Positions 24,149 through 38,492 of a stretch of DNA of 64,000 bases are shown in pieces. The notes beneath the pieces were generated by a model, which saw only the letters and a list, made by a program, of their open reading frames with translations, searched no databases and had not been told where the DNA came from. Source of the stretch: Hamiltosporidium tvaerminnensis FI-OER-3-3 (taxonomy: Eukaryota > Fungi > Microsporidia); NCBI GenBank assembly GCA_022605425.2, contig CM061246.1, positions 62,001 through 126,000 on the forward strand, in the 5' to 3' direction. How positions within the stretch are numbered: the first letter of the stretch is position 1; each line of letters begins with the position of its first letter. Position numbers and translations under genes: made by a program.

Positions 24149-27100
24149 CTCTAAGGGTTTTTAAATAAAAATTTTATTTTTATTTTTTTTTCAATTCAAA
24201 ATAAAGAAATGAAGTCTTAAAAAATAAAATGGTAAGAAATAGCAAGTTCGAAATAATTCATAATAAAACTAAGACGGAAATGTAGGGATGTTATTACTAT
24301 GTCTTTAGATATTTATTGGAAACTTATTCACAATCTTAATTCGTACAAAGCATTGGTCAATAATATTATTGAAATCTTAACGGAATATATACGCTTTAAA
24401 TACTAAATATGATCTGAAGTAAATCATGAAATTATTTTGGAAAATTTATTATTGTTTAATTTTTTTAATTAAAATATCGATTCCCAATGTAATTCGTTCT
24501 TACCTACCTATTTCTTGTTTTTAAAAAGTTGTTAAAAATGCCTAAAAAATATTATCTGATGTATTTTCTTAATTTATCTGATGGCTGTTCTTAATTTATT
24601 GGAAGTATTTTACTCATTAACGAACTATTTAAAGAAAACTATTCTTGTATTTTTTTATATTCAATTTTCATTGTTTAATCTTCAATCATCATTGGATAAT
24701 TTTAATTAAAGTCTATTATATTCAAATTTAATCCATCATATTTCTTAGGCATTATGAACGACAAATTTAACTCTTTTTTTAGTTATGTTATCTTAATATA
24801 ATAGTAGCTTGTATATATTTGAAAATTTCTTGTTTATTGATAGAAAATACGTGTGTTGGTAAATCCTGAAGATTACAGATATATTAACTTCTGTTAATTT
24901 ATTCCTTTAAATAAGTAATACAAGAAGAAATTATATTATTAAAATAATTTTTCATATAAACTTATTTTGTGATATTTTTCATTTATCAATTCATTAATGC
25001 CCCGACGAGGACGGTTCACCTCGAAATGTTTACTTGATTAAAAGACTATAGAAACCAATAAGAGTGGTCTAATTAGGATATGGATTTTTCTATTTGTTCA
25101 TAAAACTTACACAATCAATAATGGTGAGTAGAACTGAACATAAAACAATTGAAAAGTTTCTTCTTTTTCAAAAAAAATATTTGAGATAAAATTCGTAAAT
25201 TTTCTTCTAAATTATATTATTTATCAAGAATAACATAATAAAGTTCCGTTTTCAATTGTTCTAACGGTTCATCTTAAAAAAAATTACATCACTTGCTTGC
25301 GATTTCTTTTCTAAGAATTTACAGTTACATAAAAAATTTTATGATACAATTGATGCTTTTTTTGCCATTCTTCTGTGCAGTTTCTTTAAATTCTTAATAA
25401 TAATTGGATAACACAAATGTTGCTCGAATAGCTTCGTGGAACTTTATACTTGATTAAATTAACAGATTTTTAATAAAAATGATTGATCAAATTATACAAT
25501 TAATAAATTACCAGTACAGTATATCGTTACCAAGAACAGCTTTTTCAGACAGATAAAACACTTCATAAGAATAAATTTCTTGGGAAAAGAGACAGAATCA
25601 ATCAAAATGTGTGGAAAACTAGCAGCCTAAATATTAAAGCTGAGATGAAGCTCCGAAAAACCTGTAGTAAATATAAAAGAAGAAGAGAAATATGCAAGTC
25701 AAAAAAGTCAAATTTTTATTGGGAAATTACTCAAAGTGCGTAATAATTTGGAAATGAAAGACTAAAAAATATACGTGAAACAGACCAGGTGAGAATAAGA
25801 AATTTTTATTCAAAATGTTAAGAAAAGTTAGTCCAGATTTTGAAATTTACGATTATTTTCGGCATTTTTTTTATGATGAGAAGAAAGTTCGTTCCTTTGA
25901 ATTTAAACACTAGTAGATATATATTTCGCAATTTATACTTTCATTATATTTTCGCAGGGTATCTCAAAAGTCTTTACTTCTTCAGATATAGAATTATCAA
26001 TTTGGTCGTTATAATATAAATTATTTATACTTTGGAAGAAAAAAAGTTTTTTTAATTTGAAATGGTTTTATAAATGACTTTTTAGGTTGAAATATTAAAT
26101 AAGGCTTAGATTGTTTTTTTAAGACATTTTCCCTTATAAACCAACCTATTATGTTCATATTAGCTTGTTTTTTAATAAAAAAGGAGAGCGCTTGATATAA
26201 ATTTTAGTTTACGCATTTTTTCTATGGAAGTGATACAAATCTAACATAAACAGCTCTTTTTTTTGCGATCTTTCTTTAAAATTTTATATTAAATCGAAAC
26301 AGATATACATTGGCTTTTGTTCATATCGTATTGTATTTTATATTAGAATCGAACATTATATTATCTTTCAAAATATACATCAGTATTTTTTTTGCTTCTA
26401 TTTACAGGTTATCAAAAATCCAAGCTAAAATTTAATTTATAATTGAATTTACTCAGTTATATAGCGGCTTTACATCATTTGAAAAGTTTTCATATTTTTA
26501 ACGATGCTTCCCCACTGTTTTATATGGATAACTAAATTATTTTGTGGCAACATATTAGGTTTACTCAAATCCTTTTTCGCATCAACTACCTCTCTTTTCG
26601 TGATCAAAATCTTCTTCTTCTATCTTCCGAGTAGCTCAAAAAAATTACAAATACCTCTTTCTGTTTAATTTTTTATCTACATTTCTATACCAACAAAGCC
26701 TTCTTTGTTTTATTACAGTGGCCAGATTGCTTCTTAACAAGAGTAATATATTTCTTGATTCGATCTAATTATCTGATCGTTATTTTTATGTATCGATACA
26801 TCATTCTCCAAGTATATCGAAATTAATTTTGTGCTTTGTCTACTCCGACTATAATTATGCAAATCTAACAATTTTTTGGCTATTTTTACTGGTTTGATAT
26901 TTTAATACTGCTAAATGGCGTTATAGCTCTTAAAGAGCGCGGGTCTCCTTAACGATTTTTCTTCATCTTTCTCTATCTTGCGCTCTTTTTTACTGTCATA
27001 CATTGATCATTTTCAGATTATTTTCTACAGCATCTATCTAACTTTTCAGTGGTCTATCTTTTGTTCTTTTTCATGGTGTTAATACATATTTACTTCATTT

Positions 27101-27439
27101 GTCCTTCGATTAAGGGGCATTCGTATTACATGTCCTAGCCATCTTAATCTTCCTCATTTTATTTCGGTTACTATATTTGAGTCTTGATAGAGATCTTAAA
27201 TTTTTTTATTAGTTCGAATTTTTCGCTCAAAGATTATGTTTTTGATTTATAAATTTTACGGTTTATGTTTCTCTCCACCTAGTCTAAAAGCATTTCATCT
27301 CTTTTTGTAATGACCCAAGTCTCAGATCCATGGATTGAACGAGGCCTTATGATAGACCTTTATATTATTTTTTAAATTCCTTCTCATATATCTTGATTCA
27401 TTCTCCCTTTAAGTGTTGGGAAAATAATTTTCTTGGTGA

Positions 27440-27665
27440 TTCCATGCTTTTGCAAGAGGTGACTAAAAGGGACTGGTTTTCCTGGTTGTTTGTAGAGCTA
27501 ACGACCCACTTTTTTAAACCGCCTTGGTCGAATTCCCAAAAAAGTAAACAAACCCAGTGGAAAGAGACGGGTGAGCGGCATTACTGAGGGAGGCCAAGGC
27601 TCGTGCAGGGCTTCGGTGCTAAGGATGGATAATATATTTAATCAATTAAGCGATGCCTCGCAAAG
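27440..27665 (+). ncRNA. GC-rich island, candidate structured RNA of unknown family
   Basis: Sharp GC rise against AT-rich flanks; several complementary segments and a cUUCGg motif. Confidence 0.3.
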
Positions 27666-30600
27666 AAGACTTTATTTTCTGACTTAATTCGTTCCTTAAT
27701 TTCCTTCTTGTTTTTGTTAAAGTTGATATATTCTTTGGGTTTTAAATAAAAATTTACATTATCTGAAAATTAATTTATATTTTTGCTTTATTTATAGGGT
27801 AAAAATTAAAATCACAGTTTCAAAATATACTTGTAGTGCTTTAAATGCGATATAGTTGTAGGTACGCACTCCAGAATATTCTAAAATTGTTTTATAAACT
27901 TTATATAAATCTTTTTTTATAGTTTATAAACCATTTTGAATTCAAACCAGCGAAAGTTGAAATACATTTCGAAATATTTTTTTGTTATTTACGAAATGTT
28001 TCACCTTGGTTTTTCTGTTAAACTACAAAATAATAATTTAAATGCACTTTCAATTTCATTCCTAAAGATTTTTTATATTTAACTATTAAATGTAGTTTGT
28101 CTTTTGCTAAATATATATTTTTTTGTATATTTGCATTTAGTAAGAAAATATTATTTCCTTCCTGATCTTGAAACATAAATATTTTATAGAAAAAGAAGTT
28201 TTTTAAAACTGCAGAACCTCGGTATCATCAAAAAGTCATGCATTTTATATTAAATTCGTGTTTTCAACATAAAAATCTATTTTAGCTTTAAATTTTTAGA
28301 AATTCCTAGGATTTTAAAATTGCCACAGATGCATATTAAAATGAAAATGTTATTTTTCTGATGTAAAACTAAAAAATTTAATCAAGCAAGGTTATTCGTT
28401 ACAATATAATTTATAAAAAATATAAACTTTCTATTTCATTTTTAGGAAGCATAATAAAAAAAACCGATCATAGTAACAATAAAAATCTATAAACTTGATT
28501 TATATTTTTGAAAAATATGTTTTTTAGCCAAACACGCTACTAAAATCTAAAACAATAGGTTCATACATAGTGGAATCATTCCAGATTAGAATTAAATTAC
28601 AAATGATTATAAAATTATCTGTTTTAAGAATATTTAATTTCCTTTTTGCAGAAAATTATTTCTAGATGGATAAAAATAAATTCTGGAGTTTGAAATTGGT
28701 TTAAATATTCCTTATTCTAAAAATACATGAATTTTGAATCAAATAATCGGAATATCACTTCTAAAGTTGTTATGAGAAATATTTTAAACATATTGTCAAG
28801 CTTACTTATCTCATTGTATCTTTTTAGAAATAACTTGATATCATTGCACGTATTAGGGGGAAATTTTTTATTAATAGCGACTATACAAGGTTATTATGTT
28901 GTTTTCGGATAGATCGCACCGATTATTTGTAATGATTTGGCTTTAAAACACAATATACGAATATCTCTCCTCTATAATGAGTTTCTGATTAATACAATTT
29001 ACATTTTATTCTCTGGCAATTGTTTAAGAGCAAATCTAAATATTATTTTTCAAGAATGGCTTACAAATATATTTTATACCACCTTAATTTTATCTGTGGT
29101 TTATTCAACGATTCAAAACCTAATATTCTTCTTCCAAAAAGATAGAAATCTTGTATTTTCCTACACTTTTCATACTTGGATTCTATATTTTTTTAGTTGT
29201 ATCAGATTATTTATTTTATTTCATATATTTTTCTAGATTGAATACTTGGTTTTTATCTTTTTATGCATTTTACAAATTTTTCTTTCTATTCACATGTTGC
29301 ACGATCAAAGAACCATTTCAATTTCAAAGATTTCTTTTGATTTTGGATTCTTTAGGAGCTTTTAAAGTTTTTTTATTTGCAATTTTAGTTGTAGTTAGGA
29401 TATATTATAAGAATATAGTCGTGGAATGGTAAGCTATTTAGGTATTATTAGAAAGAAATTTACCTTAGCTCTAATATTTTATCTTGAAAATACCTTTGAA
29501 ATTACATTTTTTTGCTTTTAATTTTTATTTTCGTAATATAATGTATAATTTTCTTTGTTTAAAATATTTTTTCATATTATATTTTTGAATTAGCTAAATT
29601 CATTGTTAAAATAAAAGTTTCGTCGTTTCATTTATACTTTTTACAAAGCGATATGTCAAGTTCAAAATTTAATCCTTCTTTCTATTTTTGTCACGGTTTT
29701 GTAGCCGATTACATCCGCATTTTCTTTAAATGATTAATTTGTTTGAAACATCAAAAAAGTATGGAATACATACGATGAGTGCTATTTTAATTATATTGTG
29801 AAATCAAATCATTTTAATTTTCTACTACAGGTTTTTATCTAAGTTTTATAAAAGTGTGTTATGAGTCATATAAAATGCAAATCATCTTTTTTCTTTTATT
29901 GATGTGTAATGACTATTTAGGTTAGTTTTTCTGTTCTAATTTTTTCATAACAAATATTTCGAATTTAGTCGTTGGATGCATGAGCTACATCTTTAATCCT
30001 CTTTTTCTTGATTTAATCAATATTTAGTTTTATTTTTCTTTGTTTAAATAATTTTATATGTTACGGTAATTCACATGTTATAGTCATATATTACATATGT
30101 TTTTGTTTTCTTGTTAAATAAAAACCTTTTAAAACTTTATTATAATCTTCTTAATCAGGTTGTATATTTCTTCACAAAATATTTTCTATCGACTTATAAG
30201 TCAAGTTTTGGACAAATTGAAAATCTATTAAAAAATACAATTTATGTATTTTAACTTCAAAACTTACTTCCTCATAAAATTTACCATGCAAATAAAATAT
30301 AATTCGTTCCTTTATTCAAGGTATGATGAAATTCGTTTAAAATCTTCTCAAAAACTCATGAGTAACGAACACTTTAAAATATTTTTTTTAAATGTGATCA
30401 AAGTAGGTTTGGTTCCATAATAGACTTCATAACACATGATAATGAATGCGCACCTTTGGGGTTTTGTAAATATACTTTTTCAAAATGTAGCGTATTTTCT
30501 CAGCAAATTCATTTACGTTATACAAAAAAGATTAAGCTTTCTAGTATCATGAATTCCTTTAAAATTCTTTTAAGTCTGAGACAATTTTCATCTTTAAGTA

Positions 30601-32862
30601 AATTTTAAAAAAAACCTTCATACTGAATGTATTACCTGTTATATGTACCTAAAATATAACTAAAAAAACTATAATTATAATATAATACCACTGTTTCTTA
30701 TTTAATCCAAGAAATCTACAAAATTGAATGTTTGGTTCCATTTTTTGAAAGCTTAATATTGATATATCATATAAAAACTCGTTTACTATTTTCTGAATTT
30801 TAACCACTTTAAAGCTTGATCAGGCATTCATAAGTTATATTCTAATGATTCTCAGTATTTTTAAAATCAACTTTTTTTCTTTTATTTGAATATCTAGTAA
30901 TGGCGTTGTAAATTTTCTTTGCAATATAAGCACTTTTCAATGTATGCTTTCGTTTTTTCTTTGCTTCTTTTAGCATTTTACAAAATCAATATAATATCTT
31001 TTTTGATTATATCCATTAAATAAGTTCTGAGATATGGTCTAGAAGATCAGCTGGAGAAGTTTAAAATTGAAAGTTTTGTTCCGCGTTGTTTTTTTGCTTC
31101 CTTATTTTTTAATAATTATAGGTATGTGAAGAGTGTTTTTTCTTTGATTTTAAAGCAAGATTACGACTTTGGTACTATCTATACAATTAGATTCTTTCCA
31201 ATAAGAAAACATGAATACTCTTTTTGAATTATCTTGTTTAACGTTAAACATTTGTAAATTAATTTGCGAGTTTGATAATTCGCTAAAGTCATTTTTTTAA
31301 GATTTAAAATTTTCATTTCATCTTATTTCAAAGAAATAACTATCTCATTGGTGTATAAATAAGAATTTAATTTTTGCTTTTTTGGGTTCTTTAAATCGAA
31401 TTATGCTGCGACATCATTCTACATAAAAAAGACATATACTAGAGATTAAATAAGTAAGCTGTAATAATAAGAAACGAAAAACAACTAGAATAAAGAATAT
31501 TTTTTAACTTATCTTAGTCTTCAGTTCCTTTGAATAACTTAGAACGCATTTTATTCAAAACTTCTTTGAAAATATTTGCAAATAAATAAAAAAATTTCTA
31601 ATTTCGAATATAAATTTAGAATTTACTTTAAATATCTTATTTTTTTGTAAAGAATATCCAAAGTAAGTGTTTAGATTACAAAGTGTTCTATAATTTGTTA
31701 AAAAAGGTGGTCACGAATCAATGATTTTGTAATAATATTTTTTGAGTTTTAAGCTGATTTTTATATCTTCTTGCTTTTTATAACTTCTTTAGTCTTGTTA
31801 TAATTCTGAATACTACAATAAATTTAAATACCAATAAAAAAAGACTTCCTAATAAAGAAAATTTTACTTTTTTAATCAAATATTAAATCAAAAAATAAAA
31901 TATTTTATTTTGAAGTATTTTTATTATAAATATGTCTTTCAAATTATTTTAAAAAGCTAGAGTTCCGATGTCTAATAGTAGAATAGCTTTACATTTTATA
32001 AATTTTGTAATTTTAGATATATTTGGGTTTTTTAAAAGAAATTTAGAGTCAAAAACAAATTGTTTTAAACAATATAAAATTATCTAAGCAGCGAGGTATG
32101 AATATCAAGATTTGATAAAAAAAAACTAGAAATTCATAGAGAAACAAAAATGCCCCAATAAATTTACTTTTAAATCTTAATAATTGTCTTAAAGGTATTC
32201 TTAAACTTAAGTTAAAAAATTTAGTCGAAAGTTTAAATTTTACAAAATTTTGATTTAATAATAAAAAAATTTTTTGTTAATTCTGTAATCAAATTAGTTT
32301 GAAAATAATTTTGTATTTTTTTTGATTTAGAGTAAAGTTATAATTTCCTCCTATAGAAATCTCATTATTGTATTCTATAAAGAAAAAATATCTTCCATGT
32401 TGTATTTAGATAGGCAAAGTATAATTTAAATTTATATTATAATACCTTTTTAACACATTAACCAGGAATTTACTTATATAGTTCGAAATCAGCAATAGAT
32501 CTACCTAAAAGTATTATAAAGTTTTTTAAATATTTCCATAATTTTTTCGAAAGCTTTATTCATTAAATCCTTTGTATTTAATATTTTTTTATTCTAGAGA
32601 ATATTTAAGAAAAAAATATTATTTTATATTTTACATATGAATTTTTTAGAATTAATAAAAATCGTTTAGTCTTTGGATTTAATTTTTCGAAATTTTAATT
32701 ATTTATTTGATTTGTGAATTAAATATACAATTCCATTTTGAATTTCACTTTGTAAATATTTTTTTTTAAAATTAAAATTTATACAAAAAAACAACTTTGT
32801 TCAAAAAAATTTATAAAATAAAAATAAATTTGTTTTAAAAAAGATTCATTCAATTCACAATT

Positions 32863-33366
32863 TTATTCAAGAGTTTTTTGAGTGAGTCTCCTAACTTTTT
32901 TAAAATATTTATCTGGTGATTCTCTGAAATCCACAGCTGCATCCAAATTTGCTGGGCTTTCACAATTTGGAGAGGTAAGTAGAGATATTATTGAAACAAT
33001 AACACTTTCGGGATTTCTTACCGGCATCCAACGTTCACTGAGATTTTCATATCCATATTCGTCATCTCCCGGTTTGTGTAAAATGGAAATACAAACATCT
33101 CCATCTTTGTCGATATTTGGATGCCACATTTCAGAAACGAATCTAAAAGTCGGAGGTGCTTCTGGATACGCAATAGGAAAAGTCATTCGGGCCATAAAAA
33201 TTCCATTTTCATATGGTGTATCCTTCGGACCAAAAACAAGCACTTCCCAATTGTATATGTTGTCATCAACCAATCCTACACTGAAATGTTCGTTTGCTCT
33301 CTCCTGTAATCTTTTAAATTCTTTCTCTATAAAAGCTTTGGATCTCTTGCCCTCATTAGCAGCCAT
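32863..33366 (-). CDS. UBC7: Ubiquitin-conjugating enzyme E2, Ubc7/UBE2G type
   Basis: HPNIDKDGDVCISILH followed by the acidic loop PGDDEYGYE..SERW. Confidence 0.85.
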   Translation of the reverse strand: MAANEGKRSKAFIEKEFKRLQERANEHFSVGLVDDNIYNWEVLVFGPKDTPYENGIFMARMTFPIAYPEAPPTFRFVSEMWHPNIDKDGDVCISILHKPGDDEYGYENLSERWMPVRNPESVIVSIISLLTSPNCESPANLDAAVDFRESPDKYFKKVRRLTQKTLE

Positions 33367-33477
33367 AACGAATCAATTTTGTTTTATTTTTATATTCAAA
33401 TTTTAAGTAAAAATTTAACAATTAAAAATTACAAATTTTTTTTTTGATATAAAAATTATATTTTGAATATTTTTATA

Positions 33478-33590
33478 GGTGGAATGTGGGTAAAAAATTT
33501 AAAACCATCTGCTTGCTTGGTAATGAGTGTGTGAAATTTTTATTATTTTTTTTTATATTTTTGTTGGATATAAATCACACCGAATCTATG
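33478..33590 (+). mobile_element. Relic of the 5' end of the ~730-nt element
   Basis: TGCTTGGTAATGAGTGTGTGAAA..ATTTTTGTTGGATATAAATCACAC versus TGCTTGGCAATGAGTGTGTGAAA..ATTTTTGGTGGGAATAAAACCACAC. Confidence 0.65.
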
Positions 33591-33999
33591 GGCAAATCCG
33601 CTATAATCATGAGAAACAACATATTAAATTAAAAACTGTCTCAAAAATTAAAGAACAGGCAAGGAAATCAGATTATGACTTATGTTACATAAAAATAAAA
33701 GGTTTATAGAGGAAATATATGACGTCTTTAATTTTTAAATGGTTGACTTCTTAAAACCAGCTCTCAGTGAAAGAGGAATCCACAAAGGGAATGCTAATAC
33801 TTTGATAAGCTACAGAATATTTTAATATTCAATCTGTATATCACTAACATCGAAAGGTAAAAGAGAATTGGAATAATTAAGTTTTTATAAATTCTATTTA
33901 ATATATTTTTTAGAATTTTATAGAATTTTATAGAACCAAAACTGTTGATAATTATATTTCAATCTTTAATTTTCCTCAAATAAATAGAAATATGAATAA

Positions 34000-34258
34000 A
34001 AATATGAATCTCCAAACAAATCAAAAGAATTATTTACCAAAATATATTTTCTTATAATTTAAATAGAAATATGAATTCCAAACAAATCAAAAGAATTATT
34101 TACCAAAATATATTTTCTTATAATTTAAATAGAAATATGAATTCCAAACAAATCAAAAGAATTATTTACCAAAATATATTTTCTTATAATTTAAATAGAA
34201 ATATGAATTCCAAACAAATCAAAAGAATTATTTACCAAAATATATTTTCTTATAATTT
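34000..34258. repeat. 66-bp tandem repeat, ~4 near-perfect copies
   Basis: AAATAGAAATATGAATTCCAAACAAATCAAAAGAATTATTTACC.. units start at 34061, 34127, 34193, plus a partial unit before. Confidence 0.95.
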
Positions 34259-34359
34259 CTAAATTGTAGTTCATTTTTATTTTAAAGTTAAAGAGGTAGA
34301 AGAAAACATATAAAAATGATAAAAAATATTTTAACCCTGAATTATATTAAATAAATATT

Positions 34360-37300
34360 TTATTTAATAAAATTCTGGGTTAACAAATTTTTCTTTTTAA
34401 ATAATTCTTTCCACCATTTCAACCACTTCTATCTTTTCCTCCAACTCCAACTCTTCATTTGTATTAGTTGTTGGTTCCTTTGCTGTGGTTATGCCATCCA
34501 AAATAAGGGGTAAAATATTTTTTGTATTTTCCGTTTTAACATCATCTTCCTCGTTGTCTACTTGCTTTAAAGGGGGTATTGGTTGTTTATGCATCTCGGC
34601 TCCTAAGATAACACTTAATGATGCTCTCTCCCAGCTCTCCTCGGCATTTGGACCAGACTTAAGTCCTCTTCGTCGATCAAAAGAAATTGTTTCGACTGTC
34701 TTCTTGAGTACTATGGATTGTATATATGCCTCTACATTCATGGGTATTTGCAGTCTCTTAACATACGTCTTATGGTATTTTGTCACAATACCGTCCCAGG
34801 TCATCACATAAGGAATTATCTCGACATTGCATTTATAAATAAGACCTAACTCATTTGCTAATAGGTCATACTTCCTAAGCTTCTCTGTTTCAACTATTTG
34901 AAGAGAGTCTTGGGATGTTATTCCTACTTCAATGAGGGTTATCCTATTCTGTCTCTTGTCTAAAATAAATATATCTGGTCTGTTACACCGGATTTTGACA
35001 TCAGTTTTTATTCTGGTGTCCACTCTTATCTCTGCATATTCGTTATCAAGAATTTCTTGAACTGAGTGGCTTCTAATTCGTTTCGAAGACTTAAACTTAT
35101 ATTTATTCAGCAAGAGTAAATGTATACATCGTACCACTTCATTATGTCGTCTAGTATAGTCATGACCAAGCATTTTTTCACATCTCGTTGCTAAGTGATC
35201 AACAGTTTTCCTAGACTGGTTGCAGTGTTGACACATACCTTCTGCACCCCAGAAAACATTTCTATCCTGGATATAACAGAACACTGCTTCATCACGTGGT
35301 CTTACACTTCCTTTCTTTAACCATCTTGAGGAGTCATTTACACTTACCAGCTCGTTATTTCTAGCGCTATATAACTTTGAATGTAGTTTTCGGTTTTTGA
35401 TTTCGTTATATAGGTTAGCTAGTTGAGCTTCTTCAATTTCTTTTTGTGACTTCCTCTTCCAACCCGTATTTTATTTTTAAAAGTTTTTAATCAGTGAAAG
35501 GTGGGTTTTATTATTATTCTCAACCTTTAGGATTGCTGCTCTTCTGGTCGATGTATCTTTATGTTTTTCCAGACAATCCAAGAGTTGCAAAGCATATGTT
35601 CGCTTTTGAACTCGACACTATGTAAACCTCTTCCAAGTTCTTTACGTGGAAGGTATAGACGTTCTTTGCATCCTGGGCGTAGATGTATTTTGTTCTTTAC
35701 TAACACTGCACGCACCGCATCATCTAACTTAAGAAGTCAGCCGGTTCAAGTCGGAGTACACCTATATGATAGTTTAGTAAAGAAATTGCATGTTGATTAA
35801 TGGCTTGAAATAAATTTCTTGCATTTAATCTCGTGCGACAAAGTCTTTCTACTCGTGCTATAAGTTTGGTCTGTACTTCCTCAAACGACTTACTTGTTGG
35901 AATTCCTCTGCTATCTTCTATAATTCCAGGTATTTATAAACACCTATTCCTTCGAAGAGTAGAGTATCTTCCACATGGATCATTAGTGGCTGACTTCTTT
36001 TGTTAATTTCCAATCCTATATTATTCATAAACTTTTTAACCTCCTCCGTTTTCTTCCATGTTTGTCCATCTTCGGCGGAGCTTAGATCATCAATAAACGG
36101 ATGATTAGTCGCGTGGATTCTGCATTGTCTTTATTCACTTTTTGTATTTCTTTAGCTTTTGGCTCAATGGATCCATACACAACACAACAATAATGGTGAC
36201 AAACTATCTCCTTGCGAATCCTCTATCAATCTTCTTACTCATGATTTTTCGGCCCTACTGATATATCAATTTTCCATTTTGATATAATTACCTTAATAAA
36301 TTTCGGATCCAATCAGGTAATTAGGTTTTCATACATTGGTTAAATAGCATGATCTATTGAATATAGCTTTTTTGACATCAATCCATGTTGCCTTAGATTG
36401 TTTCCTACTCTTTATTAATGGCATATTCATAGGGCTTGTTCTTTCGTCCTTCCCCTCTAACCGCACCCAACTGATTATCTAGTAATCCTCGTCTTTCCAC
36501 CTCAACCTGAACCACTTTAGTGACACATTTTGTAGTCTTTTACAGGTTTGACATACAGTTATTGGTCTGTAATCGAGCCAGTCTTTGGTGTACCTTTAGG
36601 TATCGATAGTGTCCACATAATACCAATCGGCTTGAGGCGTTCCTTCTAAACATATGGCTTTCACAATATTGTAAGATATTTATGAGGCTCGTAGTTTCTT
36701 GATGTAGTTTAAATACCATCATTCCGGCTTTCCGTTGCAGCCAATTGATGATATCTATAAACTCTTCAGTAAAGGAAACGTGGTCTGTGCGTATCTGACA
36801 CGAAGGTATCAAATACTCATCATATGTAACTACTTTTCATTTTTATTCCACATTGTAGACCAAATTCTGAAATTTCTCACGATAAACACATGCTCGATTC
36901 AACGCGCTCGATAACCCTCGTAGAATCGACCTCGAATAACTCACATACGATTCTTTCAATTTTCTCCTTCTTTCTACATCGTATTTTTTCGTACACATTC
37001 AGCCTCATTCTTCTTAACCAGCCACGAGATCATTTACTTTGCTTAGTCTAAATTAACTCTCTAATTTTTCTGAACTTTCTTTCCGTGGCTTTTCCTGCTT
37101 GCGCCTTTCGAGATCTTTAAGTACTAACTTGAATTTTATTCTTGTTTTCCTTCCGCGATCTGGTTTCTCCTTACGTGTTTCCTCGTCTAACATACCTGGG
37201 CCGCCTGGATGATTCGAGCTCATCACTAACATTCTTAGGCACATGGATTCGCATATTCACCTGTGATCCGATTTATGAGTTCCAAACTTTACTATCAACC

Positions 37301-37867
37301 AATTCACTTGAGTTTTCTGTTCGACCACTACATCTCCATTTCCCTCCAGTTCCTTGATTTTGCCAAGACTTTTCTCTCGGTTCTTGGTGTGTGTCGTTAA
37401 GGAACTGGGCTCGCGAGACAGTGGCGATTCTACGTCGCTCTCTTCTTTCTTGCCTTATTCTCTTTCTGCCTCTTATGTATTAATTTTTAACACATCGATA
37501 TCACGTTCGACCAAATTTCCCATTATAGTACTAGAATTGCGACCAGCCATTTCTAGGCATTCTCTCAACTTTTTCACGTGCTAGCAGATCTGGCCATTCC
37601 TGCTCTACGGCTTGACGGTCGTATTGAATGCAATACCATGTCGTTTCTTCTATGTCATTGTTTTCCTTTGTTTGTCCCCGCCAAATCGACGGGTCGAATC
37701 GCAGCTGATTGTAGCCTGAGCGTATTGCTCTGGGGTGTGTTATTTAGTGGTCGGTTTGGTGCGTCTCATATGTTACTCATCTCTATCCACGTTTTATCTC
37801 TTTAACTATTTCCGTTGTTTACGATTTATTTCATCATTTTTATTTTCTGTCACTTTTTCTTACCCAT
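34360..37867 (-). mobile_element. Full-length R4/Dong-like RLE non-LTR retrotransposon, frameshifted in this assembly
   Basis: CQHC..DHLATRC knuckle, RHN, PD..IEVG, KLRKY; homologous to 55081-58886; TSD ATATTAAATAAATATT at 34344-34359 / 37866-37881. Confidence 0.92.
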
Positions 37868-38379
37868 ATTAAATAAATATTAAATAGAAATTAATATGAA
37901 GTTAAACATAATATATGATAAAAGAAAGTTTGTTGAAATATTATTTTTTACTCAATTTCTTCGAATAAAATTTTATAGAATATAATCCGTTAAATTATAA
38001 TAAAAGATTTAACCAAGTTTTTCGAATAAAAATAAATCGAATATAATCCGTATACTTGTAATAAAAGATTTAAACTTTCTTTTATCATGAATGTTAAATA
38101 GAAATAATAATTTTAAAAATCTCATTTGGATATCTTTTAGATTTAGGAGGTATAATATATTTAAGAATATTTTCAAAAGTAAATTTGGTTTTTTGGTAAA
38201 GAAAAAATGATTTTAATATGATTAGCTTGTGTATGTAGGAATCTAATTAAATATATTTTAATTCAAAAGAAGAATTTAAAAATAATTTAATAAAGCAATA
38301 ATGTAAATTTGGGAAATAAAAAGAAAAATTTTAAATTGTATATGAAAGTGAAAAGCTTTTTGAATATAAATTTTAACCG

Positions 38380-38472
38380 TTTTTTATTTAAAAGTATCAC
38401 ATCTTTTTTAAAATAGTGGCAAGTGTTATATTTGTTTTCATGACATTAACGCAGTTCTAGGTTTAACATAAA
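38380..38472 (-). mobile_element. 5'-truncated (~90 nt) copy of the ~730-nt element
   Basis: Near-identical to 38497-38586; flanked by ATAAATTTTAA(C/T)CGTTTT direct repeats at 38366 and 38468. Confidence 0.85.
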
Positions 38473-38492
38473 TTTTAATCGTTTTTTAATAA

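Noticed and set aside
25002-25030. Hammerhead-like core CCGACGAG..CGAAA
   Set aside because: Conserved U4 is C, stem II is weak, and no local stems I/III with a cleavage triplet were found
24300-31600. Possible ancient minus-strand retroelement relics (also ~7900-10000)
   Set aside because: Compositional hints only; no unambiguous motif could be read
32882-33406. Antisense ORFs over UBC7; likewise 1794-2309, 14356-14661, 18552-18854, 23243-23551, 34485-34811, 55125-55445
   Set aside because: Shadow ORFs opposite real genes or TE ORFs
34071-34262. 63-aa repeat peptide ORF
   Set aside because: By-product of the 66-bp tandem repeat
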